Positions 60,154 to 64,000 of a DNA stretch of 64,000 nt are shown here, piece after piece. A program made the translations under genes and the position numbers. Numbering within the stretch: position 1 is the first letter of the stretch; every line of letters starts with the position of its first letter. The notes under the pieces are model-generated. The model was given only the letters and a program-made list of their open reading frames with translations, was not told where the DNA came from and did no database searches. This DNA comes from Patescibacteria group bacterium (GTDB taxonomy: Bacteria > Patescibacteriota > Microgenomatia > Daviesbacterales > UBA10151), in NCBI GenBank assembly GCA_943356485.1, contig CALRFD010000006.1, forward strand, positions 7,450-71,449. The letters are read 5' to 3'.

Positions 60154-61497
60154 ATGAAAGATCGGACATTAATTTTAGATTGTAAAAATGAAATTGGAAA
60201 GCAGGTCAATATTTATGGCTTTGTGCAGGTTAGGCGCGACCATGGCAAAATTCAGTTTTTAGATGTTTCAGACAGAACCGGAATTATGCAGGTTGTTTTG
60301 GGTGGGGGGAAGGGGACTGATATCAGGGCGCAAGATGTTGTTAAGATCTTAGGACAGGTTAACAAAAGGCCGGAGCATTTAGTTAATAAAAACATTCCAA
60401 CCGGTGAGATAGAAATTTACTCTGAAGAATTTGAAGTCTTATCAAAAGCTGAAGAGTTGCCTTTCGATATGGGGGGGAAGGATTTAAACCTGCAACTACC
60501 AACCTTATTAGACTTTAGGCCGCTAACTTTAAGACATCCAAAAGTTAAACAGATATTTAAAGTGCAAGAGGCTATTATTGATGGATTTCGAAGAACCTGC
60601 CAAAGTTTAGGTTGTACAGAAATAGTTGTTCCTACAATAGCTGCATCATCTACAGAAGGAGGAGCTGAAGTTTTTAAGTTAGATTACTTTGGTCACAAAG
60701 CCTTTATGACTCAAAGCCCCCAGCTTTACAAACAGATGCTAATTCCTGTATTTGAAAGAGTCTATACAATTTCTCATGCTTATCGTGCAGAGCCGTCTGT
60801 AACAACAAGACACCTGACAGAGGTTACTCAGATGGACTTAGAATTTGGATTTTGCGAATTTCCAGAGTTATTAGATCTTTTAGAAAAAGTTGCAACAGAC
60901 ACTTTGAAATATGCCGAAGATCAAAATGAAAAAGCTCTGAAGGAATTTGGTATAGAAAAAATAGCTTTTGGCTCGCCTCGTGGCGAAGCGGGGAGTATCC
61001 CCAGACTTACTTTAAGGGAAGCACAGGAGTTAATTTTAAAGGAATTTGGGCGGGATAATAGAAAGGAAAAAGATTTAACTCCGCAAGATGAGCTAGATTT
61101 ATGTAAGTGGGCTTTAGAAAAACATAATAGTGATTTTGTAACTGTGACCCACTTTCCTACAAAAGCTAAACCTTTTTATACAAAACCAGATCCAAAAGAT
61201 CCTGAATATTCCTTGAGCTATGATTTGTTATTTAGAGGTGTTGAAGTTTTGAGCGGTAGTCAGAGAATTAATGATTATAAGCAGTTAGTGGAGAGTATTA
61301 AATTAAGAGGTATGGATCCTAAGGAGTTTGAGTTATATCTGATGGCTTTCAAATTCGGAATGCCTCTTGAGGGTGGATTTTCATTTGGGTTGGAAAGATT
61401 AACTATGCATATGTTAAATTTAGCTAATGTTAGAGAAGCAAGTCTTTTTCCAAGAGACATGGAGAGGGTAGATATCAGGTTAAATAAAAGTTCCTAA
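60154..61497 (+). CDS. aspS: aspartyl-tRNA synthetase, short non-discriminating type
   Basis: RDHGK, QSPQLYKQ, YRAEPS, FPRD; ATG 60154 lies 7 nt after TGtTATTAT (alternative start 60145). Confidence 0.9.
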   Translation: MKDRTLILDCKNEIGKQVNIYGFVQVRRDHGKIQFLDVSDRTGIMQVVLGGGKGTDIRAQDVVKILGQVNKRPEHLVNKNIPTGEIEIYSEEFEVLSKAEELPFDMGGKDLNLQLPTLLDFRPLTLRHPKVKQIFKVQEAIIDGFRRTCQSLGCTEIVVPTIAASSTEGGAEVFKLDYFGHKAFMTQSPQLYKQMLIPVFERVYTISHAYRAEPSVTTRHLTEVTQMDLEFGFCEFPELLDLLEKVATDTLKYAEDQNEKALKEFGIEKIAFGSPRGEAGSIPRLTLREAQELILKEFGRDNRKEKDLTPQDELDLCKWALEKHNSDFVTVTHFPTKAKPFYTKPDPKDPEYSLSYDLLFRGVEVLSGSQRINDYKQLVESIKLRGMDPKEFELYLMAFKFGMPLEGGFSFGLERLTMHMLNLANVREASLFPRDMERVDIRLNKSS

Positions 61498-61505
61498 CTG
61501 TAATA

Positions 61506-62423
61506 ATGAGATATTATTTTTATTCAATTGGTATAATTATTTTTGCATGCTTTTTAGCAACGGTATTACCAATATTCGCAAATTCTATCGATGAGAATCT
61601 AGTCTCACTAGAAATACCTAAAAACAACTCTGCGATAGCAGGGATTCAAAAATATAACATACCCCCTATTAGTAAAAACATAGAGGTACCTCAACTCTCC
61701 GCCAGGGCAATCTTTGTTAAGGATTTAACTACAGGAACTATACTTTATCAAAAAAATGCTACAGATCAGATCCCTATAGCCTCTACTACAAAAATTATGA
61801 CTGCCTTAGTTGCGAGCGAATACTTTAATCAAAATTCGCTTTTGGTGATAAAGCAATCAGCTCAAACTCCCGGTTCAAAGGTGGGTTTAAATTTTGGTGA
61901 GAGTTTATCTTTTCGATCTTTGCTTTATGGTATGCTGCTTAACTCCGGTAATGACGCTGCTTTTGCTATTGCAGAAAATTATCCAGGTGGAGTTTTAGGG
62001 TTTATTTCAGCGATGAATAAAAAAGTTATGAGTTTAGGATTAAAAAATACCCATTTTGATAATCCTGCAGGATTTGATAGTCTTAGCCATTATTCATCTG
62101 CAAAAGATTTAGATGCAATCACGGAAGAGGCACTAAAGTATGATCAATTGGCCAAAATTTTTGCAACAAGAGAAACAAATATCGTCTCTGCCGATAAAAA
62201 ATACACACACCAGCTAACTAATTTGAATAAATTGCTGACATCAGTAAAAGGAGTATTAGGAGTAAAGACAGGATATACGGATATAGCTAAGGAAAATCTT
62301 GTGACTTTGGTTGAAAGAAATGAGCATAGGATATTAACAGTAGTTTTAGGTTCGGACGATAGATTTACAGACTCAACTAAATTAATTGAATGGGCGTATG
62401 TAAACTTTTTTTGGCCTTCATAG
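61506..62423 (+). CDS. D-alanyl-D-alanine carboxypeptidase (peptidase S11)
   Basis: IASTTK (SxxK), SGN, KTG. Confidence 0.93.
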   Translation: MRYYFYSIGIIIFACFLATVLPIFANSIDENLVSLEIPKNNSAIAGIQKYNIPPISKNIEVPQLSARAIFVKDLTTGTILYQKNATDQIPIASTTKIMTALVASEYFNQNSLLVIKQSAQTPGSKVGLNFGESLSFRSLLYGMLLNSGNDAAFAIAENYPGGVLGFISAMNKKVMSLGLKNTHFDNPAGFDSLSHYSSAKDLDAITEEALKYDQLAKIFATRETNIVSADKKYTHQLTNLNKLLTSVKGVLGVKTGYTDIAKENLVTLVERNEHRILTVVLGSDDRFTDSTKLIEWAYVNFFWPS

Positions 62424-62430
62424 CTTACAT

Positions 62431-63480
62431 TTACTTAGACGAATCAGTAAAATCATCAGAGATTGCAGGAACATATGCTAAAAAACCCTGACCTTCAAAT
62501 ACATAGATAGGCTGCAGATATGGGGTATAATTTTCAGGTAGGTAGTATCCTAAATAGATCGATGAAATAGAAACCTGAGCTTTATTTGGCTCTGAAATAA
62601 TAACTCCTTTCCCACCCTTTAAGTCAGCGTAGGCAGATTCTGTTGTTTTAATTGGATAGGTCGCACCAGTTGTTATATCTATTGGGAAGTAAATATATTG
62701 TAATGACAGATAATTTTCTAAATTTTCAGCAGACTTTACAACTATGGCGCTGACTAAGGCTTTGTTAAAATCCGGTGTAAATATCGACTTGTTATTTATA
62801 TTTTGTGGCCAAATAGATATTTGTACTGCTTGAGCTTCTGTTCTTAATTTTGTCTGAATAAAATCTTTGCCGTCAATTTTAAGCAGAGTTATTTTAGTTC
62901 TGCCTTTTTTAAATTCGTCTTTTAATACACCTAACGTACTCAAAACGTTTTCAAAATCTGTGATCAGTTTATCATCATTGTCTAAAGCTTCGTGTCCGGA
63001 AACAGTTGCATCTTTTGTATATAAAAAATTTCCTGTATCCAGGTTTATGCTTAGTGTTTTATCCTGGATTTGGAATTTATATTCTGTTTCGGATAAAATT
63101 TTAGGATCAAGGCTTATTCCAAATTTATCAGCCAGGTTTTGTGATTTTTCAGGCGAGAGTAAGGTAGCAAAAGATTTTGATACGTAATAGACCTTCATGA
63201 TTTTATCAAATCCAGGATCAGTGCCTATTTTGGGAAGAATTCCGGTTGAGGTGTCTATTGAATATGAAAAATTCGAGCTGGATACTGAGGATGTGGGTAG
63301 ATCAGGGTGAGGGAGTAAACCAAATTTTAGGTCTGGTTTTTCTTCAATCGGAGGCAGGTGAGCAATATAATATGCGTGCCATATTTTATATCCACTAAAG
63401 CTGATTGTGCCTAAAAAAGACATGACTAAAAAAATTGCAATTACTCTTTTTGTTAAGGCAGCAGTTTGAGTCAGAGTCAT
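62431..63480 (-). CDS. membrane-anchored hypothetical protein
   Basis: N-terminal TM segment; YLQPIYVFEG. Confidence 0.75.
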   Translation of the reverse strand: MTLTQTAALTKRVIAIFLVMSFLGTISFSGYKIWHAYYIAHLPPIEEKPDLKFGLLPHPDLPTSSVSSSNFSYSIDTSTGILPKIGTDPGFDKIMKVYYVSKSFATLLSPEKSQNLADKFGISLDPKILSETEYKFQIQDKTLSINLDTGNFLYTKDATVSGHEALDNDDKLITDFENVLSTLGVLKDEFKKGRTKITLLKIDGKDFIQTKLRTEAQAVQISIWPQNINNKSIFTPDFNKALVSAIVVKSAENLENYLSLQYIYFPIDITTGATYPIKTTESAYADLKGGKGVIISEPNKAQVSISSIYLGYYLPENYTPYLQPIYVFEGQGFLAYVPAISDDFTDSSK

Positions 63481-63530
63481 ATTCGGAATACTATTATTAT
63501 ACTAGAATGGACAGTATAATATGAGCATCT

Positions 63531-64000
63531 ATGAATATTAGAACTAGAATAGCTCCTTCTCCAACAGGTGAAGATCTGCATATTGGAAATATCTATACAG
63601 GATTAATTAACTGGACTTTTGCAAACAAAAATAAAGGTCAGTTTATTATCAGGATTGAAGATACGGATAGAACCCGCTTGGTTGAAGGCTCGGAACAAAG
63701 AATACTAAACTCTCTCAAAAAATTTGGTTTAAATTATAACGAGGGTCCGGATATTGGAGGGGAATATGCTCCGTATAGACAATCAGAAAGAAAAGAAACT
63801 TATAAAAAATATGCGGAAGAGTTAGTAGAAAAAGGAGCAGCATATTATTGTTTTTGCTCAAAAGAGAAATTAGAAGAGATTAAGTCAAAAGAACAAAAGA
63901 AAGGAGATTTTAAAAGACATATTTTTTTATGTGAGGAATTTGATAAAAATTTGATTAAAGAAAAAATAGAAAATAAAGAAAGTTTTGTAATTAGGTTAAA
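63531..64000 (+). CDS. gltX: glutamyl-tRNA synthetase, 5' part (runs off window)
   Basis: MNIRTRIAPSPTGEDLHIGN, IRIEDTD, PYRQSER, AYYCFCS. Confidence 0.95.
   Translation, partial: MNIRTRIAPSPTGEDLHIGNIYTGLINWTFANKNKGQFIIRIEDTDRTRLVEGSEQRILNSLKKFGLNYNEGPDIGGEYAPYRQSERKETYKKYAEELVEKGAAYYCFCSKEKLEEIKSKEQKKGDFKRHIFLCEEFDKNLIKEKIENKESFVIRL

Noticed and set aside
1-64000. Alternative genetic code (TGA as Gly or Trp)
   Set aside because: Conserved genes translate fully in code 11, and TGA ends several genes (rpoA, secY, adk)

Overview
Low-GC bacterial chromosome segment using genetic code 11. Gene content points to a Patescibacteria (CPR) genome, probably Microgenomates (inference: no rpmD/L30, short non-discriminating AspRS, CPR-type hypotheticals). 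Bases 1-24.8 kb hold the 3' end of rpoC and the str-S10-spc-alpha-rplM/rpsI superoperon, with several inserted genes. The rest carries housekeeping genes (PMM/PGM, metK, recA-recX-rny-hup, miaA, comM, secD/secF, cca, recJ, aspS, gltX), GT-C glycosyltransferases, tRNA-Pro(GGG), RNase P RNA, a SAM-I/IV riboswitch and a class II cobalamin riboswitch. The main unexplained structure is five copies of a leader-peptide attenuator. Each has a promoter, a leader peptide (leaderless-like in four), an antiterminator and an ACCTCC/GGAGGT terminator. In every copy the terminator 3' arm doubles as a Shine-Dalgarno, 7 nt before a 'relay' mini-ORF that ends at the main gene's start. The Phe-rich copy controls pheA; the other four control unknown proteins, and two share an identical 90-bp module. 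Also notable: a cobalamin-riboswitch unit pairing a stand-alone NrdR zinc ribbon with cobQ, several families of small palindromes inserted in frame into core genes, and heptamer-repeat-like tails on ribosomal proteins. No CRISPR array, transposase or prophage was seen.
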